Positions 1 through 11,353 are shown, counted from the whole stretch's first letter. The stretch: 63,449 nt of DNA, filler included, from Octopus bimaculoides (GCF_001194135.2; 5 parts of 4 records of this genome joined end to end with filler, not necessarily neighbours in it), one strand, 5' to 3'. Notes: generated from the letters alone by a model not told the origin. Numbers and translations are program-made.

Positions 1-235
1 GGCACATAAAAGACACCATTTCGAGCGTGGCCGTTTTCGTGCGGGTGACACGTAAAAGCACCCACTACACTCTCTGAGTGGTTGGCGTTAGGAAGGGCAT
101 CCAGCTGTAGAAACTCTGCCAAATTAGACTGGAGCCTGGTGTTGCCATCCGGTTGCACCAGTCCTCAGCCAAATCGTCCAACCCATGCTAGCATGGAAAG
201 CGGACGTTAAACGATGATGATGATGATGATGATGA
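1..235 (+). mobile_element. SINE-like repeat, 3' part with (GAT)n tail (family A)
   Basis: Near-identical to 5664-5900 (GAGTGGTTGGCGTTAGGAAGGGCATCCAGCTGTAGAAAC...CCAACCCATGCTAGCATGGAAAGCGGACGTTAAACGATGATG). A tail fragment of the same family lies inverted near 1305-1350. Confidence 0.8.
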
Positions 236-348
236 TTTACTTAGATATCTTGATAATTTGAACAACTACTGGTATTAGACATAGCTAGTGGCTATATATA
301 TATAGTGCTGTTCATAGTTCATAATATTTACACCAATGGTGTAGTGAA

Positions 349-385
<37 letters not shown>

Positions 386-415
386 AATCTCAACTGTATG
401 AGCCAGAACTCCATG

Positions 416-681
416 ACGTTTGTTCCTTCTCGAGCCATAAGGGCTGGTTTCCTGGTTTCATTGGCGTATAAGTTTTCCACCTGGATGGGACGCCGGTCCA
501 TCACCAGATGCAGGAGGAAAGAGAGAAAGCGAAAAAGTCATCAAAAGTTCACCATTGCCTTCTGCCAGAGCCATGTGCAGCTCAGGTGTTTTGCACATAA
601 ACATATACATCGCCTGGTCTGAGATTTGAACCTACAATCCCTCAAGTCCACTGTTCTGACCACTAGGCCATGTGCCTCCAG
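416..681 (-). mobile_element. tRNA-derived SINE with target-site duplication
   Basis: Minus-strand head GGAGGCACATGGCCTAGTGG (A box) ... GGTTCAAATCT (B box). The 11-bp direct repeat AGAACTCCATG flanks it at 405-415 and 682-692. The head resembles the SINE at 11723-12108. Confidence 0.85.
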
Positions 682-795
682 AGAACTCCATGTAGATTAC
701 CATTAACCAGTCAACTTCCAGTATACAGTGGTTAGGCGACCACTGTACTTAGCAGGGTTACTAGTTACATGTTAGACTAAGAGAAGCAAGATTAC

Positions 796-950
796 CTTTT
801 TCTCCAGCCAATTAACAGCCCATTGCCATTTTGTAGAGGTTTTCATTAACTGATCTTTGGCCAAACCACATCGGTTACACAGTTGCACAAGGAACTTGAT
901 ACATTGGTAGGAACGGGAACTGTCAGACAGGTGGAAACTGCGGATGGTAC
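796..950 (-). CDS. USP24: Internal coding exon of a USP24-like (USP9X/USP24 family) ubiquitin carboxyl-terminal hydrolase, near the C-terminus
   Basis: Acceptor CTCTCTCTCTCATCAG and donor AAG|GTAATC bound a 155-nt exon (2 nt + 51 codons) reading (G)TIRSFHLSDSSRSYQCIKFLVQLCNRCGLAKDQLMKTSTKWQWAVNWLEKK. This matches the recalled vertebrate USP24 segment DSSRCYQCVKFLV...WSWAVQWLQKK. No other exon of this gene was recognised in the window. Confidence 0.8.
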
Positions 951-1089
951 CTGATGAGAGAGAGAGGTTATAGCCATTAGATGCAGGAGTGACTTTGGGC
1001 ACAAGACACATATTACATAGTTGTACAGTATATACACACACACATTATATAGCCATATTGTATACACGTATGCATTGTTTTTTTGTTTT

Positions 1090-1290
1090 TTTTACTTGTT
1101 TCAGTTATTAGACTGTGGCCATGCTGGGGTACTGCCTTAAAAAATTTTAATCAAACAAATTGACTCCAGGACTTGCTTTTTTTTTTTTTAAAGCCAGGTA
1201 CTTATTCTATCATTCCCCTTTAGTGAACTAAGTTTAAAGGATGTAAATACACCAATGCCAGTTTTCAGGCAGTGGTGGGGGGGCAAACAC
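1090..1290 (-). mobile_element. SINE 3' fragment with CCAGCATGGCCAC tail
   Basis: Minus strand ends GGCAGTACCCCAGCATGGCCACAGTCTAATAACTGAAACAAGTAAAAA. The same tail occurs at 4556-4605 on the plus strand. Confidence 0.6.
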
Positions 1291-1414
1291 AAACATATGT
1301 ATCATCGTTTAATGTCCACCTTCCATGCTGGCATGGGTAGGATGGCTTGACAGGAGCCAGCCATTGCAGGATTTCTCTTCAGGTAAAAAAAAAAAAACTG
1401 TTAAATACCCAGTT

Positions 1415-2000
1415 TGTTCAGTGTTGCCATCTATCAGGAATCTCAGACATCAATGTTTCAAGTTGTTTTGATTTTTGTCAATATGATGTACCTAAGAGAG
1501 GTAACTTTAAACAAACTTTTTATAGATGGCAACACTGAGCGAAGCAGGCGTCCTCACACCTTTTTACCATGACAGAGATATTTTCTCCATGGTAACTGCA
1601 GTGAATCTCTATTCTTTAGCAGTTAAAATATGTCATAAACATATTTTAACTAACCTAAATTTTGCTTATGCCTAAGCACTGCTTGACGCCAGCATTGTTT
1701 TCCTCAATTGTGCAATTCACCAGCACAAACCAGTCAATTGAATTACACATGAAGCTATTGTTTTATAAGTTTGTTCAGAGTTGTATCTCTTAGGTACATA
1801 TCCATTGACAAGAGGCAATAAACTCAAAACATCGATGTCTGGGATTCCTGATAAATGGTGACACTGAAAAAAAAAACCATGTTTTCACATCATTTCCCAA
1901 GAAGGGAGATACTTTCCCCACAGTAACTGCAGTGAATTTGCTTTTAGCAGCTGAAATACATCACAGATATATATCTAGCCGAAGTTTTGCATGCCCTTCA
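1415..2000. repeat. Unclassified mosaic of short inverted and direct repeats (possible decayed MITE)
   Basis: 1430-1495 is an inverted copy of 1786-1870. CAGTGTTGCCATCTAT occurs at about 1419 and inverted at about 1522. GTAACTGCAGTGAAT...TTTAGCAG occurs twice (about 1592 and 1922). Confidence 0.5.
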
Positions 2001-2739
2001 TTCTAAATTTAACTGACTAGTTATAGAGATGGCTAGACTTTGGTCAATTCTACTACAGACAACAGGGGGTTGATCTTTAGAATATTTCAGTAACTCTATG
2101 GATATGTTTTTTGGATAAATATTAGCTCTATTTGCAAAATCATAATTACTATCTTTTTTCTAGACTTATTGGCAAATCCTGTTGTACTTAAGTACAAGTT
2201 TTATTTTCTTCTTAAGTATACACCCTGGTAGCCCTAAAGAAAGATTAACCCACCAATTATTTTTCTAGTTTATTTGCTCATTGATTTCAAGCTTTACACT
2301 ACAAAATGGTATGGTTCTAATTTATTAAGCCTTCTTTCCTCATCTCGAGACCCTGTACTTTCCACTTCTTTTATGTATTTGTTCCCACTCTGATGAAGCT
2401 CCATGTACCAAATCGGATGTGCTATAAAGATAACAAATATTATTCTCATAATTTTCTTTGGCGGCACCAATTGACATTGGCAGCAGAAATGGCCATAAGC
2501 AAAGTTCAAGTTTTGCATTAAAAAAATATTTAACCGATGGTAGTCAGTTTGTTTGTTGACCAAAAGTTTTCTCCATTTTCTGCTCATACACAATGCACAA
2601 CACATACACACATGTGCACACACACACATACATCTACACATACGTACATACATATCAAACTATATACGCTCATATATAACTACATATATGTATGTATTAT
2701 GCATCTCAACATGTATGTATGGAATGGAATTCCACATGT

Positions 2740-3047
2740 AAAAAAGAGAGAGAAGGGTGACTATAGAGGCGTACTCCCGGGTGGAATCTGGATGTTACCC
2801 CACTCGGATTTACGGTTGAGAGAGGGTTTGTACTCCTGTATACAGACAGCTTCAGTGACTTGTCTTAGTAGTGCATCAGTGGGATGTGTGGACAAGATAT
2901 TTAATTTAAGTCTCCCTAAGGAGCCCTTGTGGCAGTCTACAGCATGCTGATAGAAGATGGAGTTTGGTTTCATTGAAAAGAAACCAAACTCCATCTTCTA
3001 TCAGCTCAGCATGCTGTAGACTGCCACAAGGGCTCCTTAGGGAGACT
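2740..3047 (-). mobile_element. Penelope-like element fragment (C-terminus of GIY-YIG endonuclease) with fold-back inverted duplication
   Basis: Minus-strand ORF 2761-2994 reads ...SIFYQHAVDCHKG...ILSTHPTDALLRQVTEAVCIQEYKPSLNRKSEWGN, resembling the H-x4-H ... R-x2-EA-x-I ... LN-x-K-x-EWG tail of PLE endonucleases. 2980-3047 is an inverted copy of 2909-2971. Confidence 0.65.
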
Positions 3048-3519
3048 GGATCTAGTGCATATATGTATCTAAGACGTTGTATCAATTCACCGTTAGACGA
3101 TGGTGAGAGGGACAGACGCACACACACACATATGTGTGTGTGTGTGTGTGTGTGTGTTTACATATGTGTATATGCATATGTATATGTGTGCGTATATACA
3201 ACCTTCAACAAAGTAACAGTCATGTATACAACTTGAACTGACGCACATATCCGTACATAAACATATGTTCACATGTACATACATGTGTACACACATACAC
3301 AAACACGTCTACACACTTACCCTATTACTCGCGTACATCCATAAGTACATACGTACATACATACATATATACATACATGTGTATAGGCATGCACACATGC
3401 ATACGCATGTACACAGATGCATACACGCACACATATACACGCACATACATACATACATACATACATGCATACACACGTACGTATATATCATGAACTGTTA
3501 CTTTCTCAGATACAACACA

Positions 3520-3722
3520 GAATTTTGTCAGTGAACAGGTCGCGGTCTCAAAGAGACGAAAATATTTTGACAAATTAAATTTAAATGTTGAAGTGAATCT
3601 GACGGTTTTTGTGTGCTATTTTAAATGGCTTACAAACACCTTCCACGCTCCAATTGTTTTCGTTGCAGCACACGATCTCAGATCAGGTCACGTGCTATGC
3701 AAGTACATCTCCATATATATAC

Positions 3723-3778
<56 letters not shown>

Positions 3779-4440
3779 TTTCAGTAGAGAGTGAAAGAGA
3801 CAGTGAGAGGTGACGGCGTTTGTTGTCTTTTAAAAAGAGAGAAAGAAAGAGTGAGAGAGAAAGAGAGAGAGAGAGAAAGTGAAAGCGACAGTGAGTGGTG
3901 ACGGCGTTTGTTGTCTTTTAAAAAGAGAGAAAGAAAGAGTGAGAGAGAAAGAGAGAGAGAGAGAAAGTGAAAGCGACAGTGAGTGGTGACGGCGTTCATC
4001 GCAAGAGAAGTAGATACATAGGTACATTGTTAAATCGAAATCGGGAGAGGAGAGGGACAGAAAGGAAGTGAAAGAGAAAGAGAGAAAGTGAGAGAGAAAG
4101 TAGAAACAAGTAAAACAATCCCAGTCAGTGGCAGAGAGAGAGAGAGAGAGAGTTGAAAACTTTGTTGTGGACTGACACTTACTGTCTGTCTACCCCCCCC
4201 TCTCTCTCTCTCTCTCTCTCTATGTATGTGTGTGTGTGTGCACATGTGTGTATATTTGTTTGTATATTAATTGTGCGTGTTGCTGTTTTGACTTCCTTTC
4301 TCTGACAGACCTTAAACTCCTATTAAAGGCCCAACCACACACACACATTTCAACTGTAGCCATTCACCAAAAAAACGAGGGAAGTGTTTTGCTCTCAAAA
4401 TTGTTTTCATTATAAAACCAGTTAATAAAAACGTTGCCTT
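3520..4440. repeat. Unclassified interspersed repeat with internal microsatellites and an 88-bp tandem unit
   Basis: GACAGTGAGTGGTGACGGCGTT recurs at 3799, 3887 and 3975 (period 88). The 3780-4120 part is homologous to 11430-11720 plus 12110-12220. Outer boundaries are approximate. Confidence 0.55.
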
Positions 4441-4496
4441 TTTCTTTATACATTTTTTAAGTTAGAATTTCTGGCTCATTTGTAAGTAAACAAAAA

Positions 4497-4610
4497 CCGA
4501 TAGAATAAGCACCAGGCTTACAAGGAATAAGTCCAGGGGTCAATTTCTTCGATTAAAGGGTGGTGCTCCAGCATGGCCACCGTCAAATGACAGAACCAAG
4601 TAAAAGAATG
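4497..4610 (+). mobile_element. SINE 3' fragment
   Basis: GATAGAATAAGCACCAGGCTT...GGTGGTGCTCCAGCATGGCCACC...AAGTAAAAGAAT; same tail as 1090-1290. Confidence 0.6.
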
Positions 4611-4784
4611 CCAGATAAACGTTCCGTACCATTAAACCAAGAATTTTCTTTGATTATGTCCGATGTATTCTAAGGTTAAATAGTAATTCTGTTTACGTTT
4701 GTGTAACAGATATTTTGGTCGGATTATATAGTCATTGGTATTACGTTACTTTCTATATTCTGTAACTGTCACAATATACTTTTC

Positions 4785-4920
4785 TAGGCCTGACATTTTT
4801 GTGGAGAGGGGGGCCAGTTGATTAGATCGACCCAGTACACAACTGGTACTTAATTTATCGACCCCGAAAGGACGAAAGGCAAAGTTGACCTCGGCAGAAT
4901 TTGAACTCAGAACGTAAGGA
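4785..4920 (-). mobile_element. tRNA-SINE of the abundant TTTCATCCTTTCGGGGTCGATAAA family (Meta-domain-like core)
   Basis: Minus strand CGTTCTGAGTTCAAATTCTGCCGAGGTCAACTTTGCCTTTCGTCCTTTCGGGGTCGATAAATTAAGTACCAG. More than 10 related copies occur in the window. Confidence 0.8.
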
Positions 4921-5019
4921 CAGTCATAATATACAAACATTTCTCATGGCATCAGAACACTCTTTACAGATGCTGACATTTTATTATTACTACTACTACT
5001 ACTACTACTACTACAACTA

Positions 5020-5465
5020 TATCATCATCATTTTGAATCTGGGTTTTGTTAACGAGGGTGGCCAGATCTACTTCAATGTCATAGCAACTGCCCTCACACC
5101 ATCTTGCCCAGTTTTGGACGTACTCCCTTCTCAAGCCAACCCTCCCAATCTCCTCCTCCACCTTTTCCTCAGTCTACCTCACTTTCGCTGACCATTCACC
5201 TCAAACTCTAGCACCCCCATCTCAGAGCATGCTCCTCAACCCTCCTCAACCCATGCCCATACCACCGCACTCCATTCGCCCTTGCCAGCCGTTCCACTGA
5301 TTCCTCCAGCCCCAGCATCCCCATCAAGTCCTCAGTCCTCCTCCTCTTATCAAACAGCCTCATGCCACACACTTCTCTCACCATTGCTCTCTCAGCCCTT
5401 CTTAAAATTGCCGTCTCTCTCTCTCTCTCTCCCTCCCATACAGCTCTCACACAACTCCTACAGAC
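5020..5465 (-). mobile_element. RTE-clade LINE, 3' end
   Basis: Minus-strand translation AILRRAERAMVREVCGMRL...EDLMGMLGLEESVERLARANGVRWYGH.LRR is typical of the post-RT region of RTE ORFs. It ends in a (GAT)n-like tail; the 5' side is lost in a gap. Confidence 0.85.
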
Positions 5466-5509
5466 NNNNNNNNNNNNNNNNNNNNNNNNNNNNNNNNNNN
5501 NNNNNNNNN

Positions 5510-5521
5510 TTAATTAATTAA
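5510..5521. other. Artificial assembly linker TTAATTAATTAA inside a 100-bp gap
   Basis: 44 N + TTAATTAATTAA + 44 N. The identical structure occurs at 12399-12410, 34037-34048 and 58425-58436. Confidence 0.95.
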
Positions 5522-5565
5522 NNNNNNNNNNNNNNNNNNNNNNNNNNNNNNNNNNNNNNNNNNNN

Positions 5566-5654
<89 letters not shown>

Positions 5655-5663
5655 ATTATTATT

Positions 5664-5900
5664 AAAAAACGCCATTTTGAGCGTGGCCGTTGTCAGTACC
5701 GCGTGACTGGCCCTCGTGCTGGTGTCACGTAAAAGCACCCACTACACTCTCGGAGTGGTTGGCGTTAGGAAGGGCATCCAGCTGTAGAAACTCTGCCAGA
5801 TCAGATTGGAGCCTGGTGCAGCCATCCGGTTCGCCAGTCCTCAGTCAAATCGTCCAACCCATACTAGCATGGAAAGCGGAAGTTAAACGATGATGATGAT
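5664..5900 (+). mobile_element. SINE-like repeat family A, 5'-truncated, (GAT)n tail
   Basis: Second copy of 1-235. Confidence 0.8.
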
Positions 5901-6589
5901 GAAGATAATGATTGAGTGAAAGAGCAGTGCATGCCATCAAAGTGGCACTGGAGTAAAATATACGAAGCCCAAAATACCCATCATGACTACCTGTCTGATA
6001 AGGGTATACCAGGCACATGCATCACAACCATATGTGCACGACATGGTGATCTCATATCAAGATAAACAGCGCATGACCTCGCAGGTGTGGCCCAGTTAGA
6101 ATTTTCTTCAGGTCGAGTGGCCCATCCGGCTCAAAAGGTCCCTGAATAAGGTCTGTTTAAGGATGTTGAGCAAAACACCCATTTTTCCAAAGGTGAATTA
6201 TTCAAACTCCAAAGAATTCCTCTCAACACATGGTTATGATGCTCCCCCACTACTTCTGCTCATAATCAGAGATGCACATATCGTCAGCCACCAAGAGACA
6301 TGCTCAACTGGTTAAGGTCAACCAATTGACAAGCAAATCTGGTATTAAACAGAATATTTGCTGTAGCCCATCTTTTATACCAAGACAAAACAATGTAGAT
6401 GATAACACTTCCAATCAATTAAGTTATTATCATTCTTCTTCTTCTTCTTCTTCTTCTTATTATTATTATTAATATGTCTGGACTCAAGGACGACGCATGA
6501 GCGTTCAACTTGACGAACGACCAGCACAAATGATTTGTTTATAGTGATCAAATATATGTGTCGCACTTTAGCTCACTCTCTCCATCAAA

Positions 6590-6750
6590 TCGACGTTATC
6601 TGAGCTGGCCACGTATCAGGTATCGAAGTGATCGCAGAGCAACCCGAGAGGAAGTGCTTTGCTCAAGATCACAGCGCACCACCCGGTCTGTAAACTGAAA
6701 CCACGATTCCGGGATCGTGAGTACAGTACTCTAACCATTAGGCCATACTC
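6590..6750 (-). mobile_element. tRNA-derived SINE with CORE-like segment
   Basis: Minus strand TATGGCCTAATGGTTAGAG (A box) ... GGTTTCAGTTT ... GTGATCTTGAGCAAAGCACTT. Confidence 0.65.
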
Positions 6751-6784
6751 CATCATAACAACAACAACAACAACAATAATGATA

Positions 6785-7700
6785 ATAATCCTTTCCACTA
6801 AAGGCACAAGGCCTGAAATTTTTGGGGAGGGGACTAGTTGATTACATCTACCCCAGCGTTTCACTAGTACTTAATTTATCGACTCTAAGAGGATGAAGGG
6901 CAAAGTCGACCTCGGCGGAATTTGAACTCAGAACGTAGAGACGAACGAAACGTCACTAAGCATTTTGCTCGACTTGCTAACGGTTCTGCCAGCTCCCCGT
7001 CCGAAACAACGTAAATAATCGTTTTTTTTCTACTCTAGGCACAAGGTCTGAAATTTTGAGGTGAGGGAAGGGGGATAGCCAATTACATCGACCCCAGTGT
7101 TTCACTTGTACTTAATTTATCGACTCCGAAAGGATGAAAAGCAAAGTCTACCTCGACAGAATTTGAACTCAGAACGCAGAGACAGATGAAATGCCGCTAA
7201 GCATTTTGCCCGGCCAACTAATGATTCTGCCAGTTCACCGCCCTAAACAACGTAAATAATAGGTTTCAAATTTTGGCACAAGGCCAGCAATTTTAGAGAG
7301 GGGGTAACTCAATTATATGGAACCAGTGTTTCACTGGTACTTATTTTATTGAACCCGAAAGGATGAAAAGCAAAGTCTACCTCAGCGGAATTTGAACTCA
7401 GAACGTACCGACGGACGAAATACGGCTAAGCGTTTCTCCCGGCGTGCTAACTATTCTGCCAGCCTACCGCCTTTAACAATGTAAATAATCCTTTCTATTA
7501 CAGGCACAAGGCCTGAAATTTGGGTGAAGGGACTAGTCGATTACATGGTACTCAATTTATTGACCCCGAAGGGATGAAAGGCAAAGTCTATCTCGGCGGA
7601 ATTTGAACTCAGAACGTAGCTGCAGACGAAATAATGCTAAGCATTTCCCCGGCGTGCTAACAATTCTGCCGACTCAGCGCCTTAAATAACGTAAATAATA
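6785..7700 (-). mobile_element. Four head-to-tail SINE copies (Meta-like family) separated by AACAACGTAAATAAT-like spacers
   Basis: Units of about 220-240 bp start near 6785, 7014, 7256 and 7483; each contains GGAATTTGAACTCAGAACG. Confidence 0.9.
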
Positions 7701-8684
7701 TTAACACTAAGGCAGAACATTTGACCCTGCTCTTTGTCAACTGAAATCTTCGTCGTTATCGACGAAGAGCTTTCAGTCGTTCAATTATTTGAAGTTTTAC
7801 TGGCGAAGTGAAAAATGGTTAAGGGTTCCATAGACACGTATACGTAATTAATCGTACAGTATAGCAAAATATGACAGGTAGATGTTTTAAAATTACAGGT
7901 AAAATCTAAAGCGGGAGAGAAAGAGTGTAGAGAGGGGGAGAATCAACTCTAGTTCTGGGTTGAGACTTCATTTGTCACCCCGAAATAATTAAAGGCACTA
8001 TTGTCTTTTTGTGAAATTTGAACGCGAAGCTGCCAAATGCCGGAAAATATCACACTGTTAACGATATGGATTAGAATACCTAAAGACATTCTGTTCCACA
8101 CCCACAGCCAATCCACAGACAATAAAGTAAATAAATATCAGAAATAATATAAAAGGAAATCATGCTTTTCGTATACATTCTTCTGTCAGAGGTGAAACTG
8201 CTTTCTTCGTCATTTGATTAACTTACGTGAGTAGAAAGTGTTAAAATATGTTGAGCATGTTCATTGGTTTGCATTGTTTTGCTTTGTCTTTTAGGTAAAT
8301 CTAAGTTTTTTTTTTTTTTTGTTTTTTTCTTTTTCTTTTTATCCTGTTAATAGCAGTGAACTAAATGAATGTTATTTTCAGGGCGGAGTGCTTTACAGTT
8401 AATCCCCAGGAAGAGTATTGCACACACACACACACACACACACACATGCGATTATTTGGCAAGCGGTGCCGATTTTACACTAAAGTAAATAATAATAATA
8501 ATAATAGTAATAATATTTTATAAGCCTGAAGCTTATAATATATATATATTTATGTTCCGTACCTATTATAATTACTTAATATACAAGCCGAAAAAGTAGG
8601 GACAAGCAACTGAGTGGCACCGACAAAGAAGTCTGAGAAATATTTGCGCTAGAGAAATTCCTCAACAATATTCCCAAGTCAATA

Positions 8685-8880
8685 ATAATCCTTTCCAATT
8701 TTGACATACGGCCAGCAATTTTAACGAGAGGGGGAAGTCGAATACTTCAACCCTAGTGCCTTACTGGTACTTATTTAATCGACGTCGAAAGTTTGAATGG
8801 CAAAGTCGACCTTGGCGGCATTTGAGCTCACAGCACGTAAAGAAGTGGAAGAAATGCCACAAAACTTTTTGTCCAGCGCG
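8685..8880 (-). mobile_element. Diverged SINE (Meta-like family)
   Basis: CTGGTACTTATTTAATCGACG...GGCAAAGTCGACCTTGGCGGCATTTGAGCTC. Confidence 0.75.
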
Positions 8881-10167
8881 AATAATAACAGTTGCTTTAC
8901 GGAAAGGTGCAAACAACATCATTAACTTGTAAGCAGTTAATGTTTTATTTTAAAATATACTGATTATATTACAGTTTCCTTCATCTCTCTCTTTCTCTAC
9001 CACACACACACACAAACACGCGTGTACACGCACACACACACACATATTTTTAGGAAAGTTTTAATTTAAATTCGAACACTTTAAAACAAAAGTTTGCGTC
9101 ATTGAATAAAAAAAAGAATTGTCATTATCAACATAATGGTTAATCCATTTTAAATGCCAAGTACATTTGTTGGTTAAATTGCAGTGTGTCACAGACGGTA
9201 GTTATCTCTTTCAAAGTACACTAGTTTAGCAATGTACCGACAGTTAGTAGTAATCCGAGCCACTCGCTAAGAAGCCTAACATAAACCAAAGTCAGCCGCA
9301 TTTTCTGGCAACGTCATTTCTGCTCCTATCTGTGCTAGTTTTATTCACATTTTTTTTTATTTCTCCGCACTCACACATTTGACATATATGGAATAAAACA
9401 AGTAGATACCAAATCGCAGATATTACCAGTCAATATTTGCTACAGATAATGAGCGAGTCGCAATTCTTTATTTGGCTAAAGTTTTTACCTTGATATTCTT
9501 ATAGTTACTTATGAAGATATGTATGTATGTATGTATAAGCATAGACTTGTAACAAAAAGAGACAAAAAGAGAGAAGGTACTTCATGTACCTTTAAAAAAA
9601 AAAAAGCCTGAGGTGACCGTGGTCTTTTCCGTAGGCTTTTCTCTCCACGGATAAACTTAATCTGTTCCCCGTTTTTTTACATTGACTGTGATACACGATC
9701 CCTATTGATCGCCCCCCTTTTCTTCCCGCGATCCCTTTTGNNNNNNNNNNNNNNNNNNNNNNNNNNNNNNNNNNNNNNNNNNNNNNNNNNNNNCCCCCCC
9801 CAAGACAAGCTCTACATTGTAATTTGTCCATTTTCTGTATTTAGCCCTCGGTGGCTATAATAAAAAGATATCTATCTACATACATACATTCATGAATGCA
9901 TATATACATTACACACACATACGCACTCACAAACACACGCACACAAACATACACATATATATAAACACAACAGCGTTTCTTACACATAGCGCATAATGTA
10001 CCGAACGGTTATTGTTATCAATATATGTATGCATATATGCATCTATGCATACACACACACACTGTACATATGTGTGTGTGCGCGCGTGCGTGTATGAATA
10101 TGTATATATCTATGTGCATATAAATATTTATACATGTATGTTTATATAAATGAATGTATGTATTAAA

Positions 10168-10331
10168 GTATGCATATATATAAATGTATGCATATATATA
10201 AATGTATGCATATATATAAATGTATGCATATATATAAATGTATGCATATATATAAATGTATGCATATATATAAATGTATGTATATATAAATGTATGTATA
10301 TATAAATGTATGTATATATAAATGTATGTAT
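10168..10331. repeat. 16-18 bp AT-rich minisatellite (GCATATATATAAATGTAT)n running into a gap
   Basis: Direct reading of the sequence. Confidence 0.9.
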
Positions 10332-10674
10332 NNNNNNNNNNNNNNNNNNNNNNNNNNNNNNNNNNNNNNNNNNNNNNNNNNNNNNNNNNNNNNNNNNNNN
10401 NNNNNNNNNNNNNNNNNNNNNNNNNNNNNNNNNNNNNNNNNNNNNNNNNNNNNNNNNNNNNNNNNNNNNNNNNNNNNNNNNNNNNNNNNNNNNNNNNNNN
10501 NNNNNNNNNNNNNNNNNNNNNNNNNNNNNNNNNNNNNNNNNNNNNNNNNNNNNNNNNNNNNNNNNNNNNNNNNNNNNNNNNNNNNNNNNNNNNNNNNNNN
10601 NNNNNNNNNNNNNNNNNNNNNNNNNNNNNNNNNNNNNNNNNNNNNNNNNNNNNNNNNNNNNNNNNNNNNNNNNN

Positions 10675-10707
<33 letters not shown>

Positions 10708-10728
10708 CATATATATATATATAAATGT

Positions 10729-11165
10729 ATATATAATAGTTAAACAGAACGTCAAACATTAAGGCAAGGCAAATATCCCAAGTCATATACAATATTATTA
10801 TAAGAAGAAATTCAATATCTTTTCGCCGTTTCTGGGATATACCCGAGTATTGGATATTCCGTCATCAGAGACAAATAGGGGAAAAATATGGAAAATAAAA
10901 ATGGTATATATCACTAAGATGACAATACAGAGGAAGGGAGTAAAAGAATAAGGAGATGGAAAGAGAGAAGAAAAAAAGTTCTCATTTTCCATATTTTTTC
11001 CCATGATTTTTTCGCCTATTTGTCTCTGATTATGGAATTTTCTATTCTCGGGGATAACCCAGAAACAGCTGTAAGATTTTGAATTTCTCTCTATAATAAT
11101 ATTGTATATGACTTGGGATATTTGCCTTGCCTTAATGCTTGCCGTCCTGTTTAACTATTATATAT
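10729..11165. mobile_element. Inverted pair of Penelope-like pseudo-LTR fragments with degenerate hammerhead motifs
   Basis: Arms 10729-10896 and 10984-11165 are imperfect inverted repeats. The right arm has CTGATTA...GAAACAGCTGTAAGAT; the left arm (minus strand) has CTGATGA...GAAAC. Confidence 0.65.
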
Positions 11166-11319
11166 CCGCTGAATCGGAAATCTACAATGGCTCCGTAACT
11201 ACCGTCTCGGCTATAACCTTGGAGCTCCAGTAATCCGTTACAGCATTTATCTACCGTACTTAATAGTCTAGTTCACCTGTGAACTAAAACCCCATACTTT
11301 GTATAAATGTGTGTGTGTG

Positions 11320-11353
<34 letters not shown>

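Noticed and set aside
305-622. 105-aa plus-strand ORF with an Arg/Lys-rich stretch
   Set aside because: It is the antisense reading of the SINE at 416-681 plus microsatellite.
1526-1591. Plus-strand 66-nt exon-like segment MATLSEAGVLTPFYHDRDIFSM with AG/GT ends
   Set aside because: Both ends lie in locally repeated sequence (inverted copy at about 1419, direct copy at about 1922), and no phase-compatible next exon was found.
2294-2653. 119-aa minus-strand ORF as a further USP24 exon
   Set aside because: No resemblance to the expected upstream USP24 sequence, it begins in microsatellite, and there is no convincing donor.
2869-3060. TAGTGCAT direct repeat as an 8-bp hAT TSD around the hairpin
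   Set aside because: The enclosed sequence has no terminal inverted repeats at those boundaries, and the PLE-like coding frame continues past the left repeat.
6785-7700. Regularly spaced repeats as a CRISPR-like array
   Set aside because: The units are about 230-bp SINEs with Pol III boxes in a eukaryotic context; there is no repeat-spacer architecture and no cas genes.
7746-7767. Small hairpin TCTTCGTCG-TTAT-CGACGAAGA
   Set aside because: A 9-bp stem is within chance expectation for 63 kb, and it has no associated feature.
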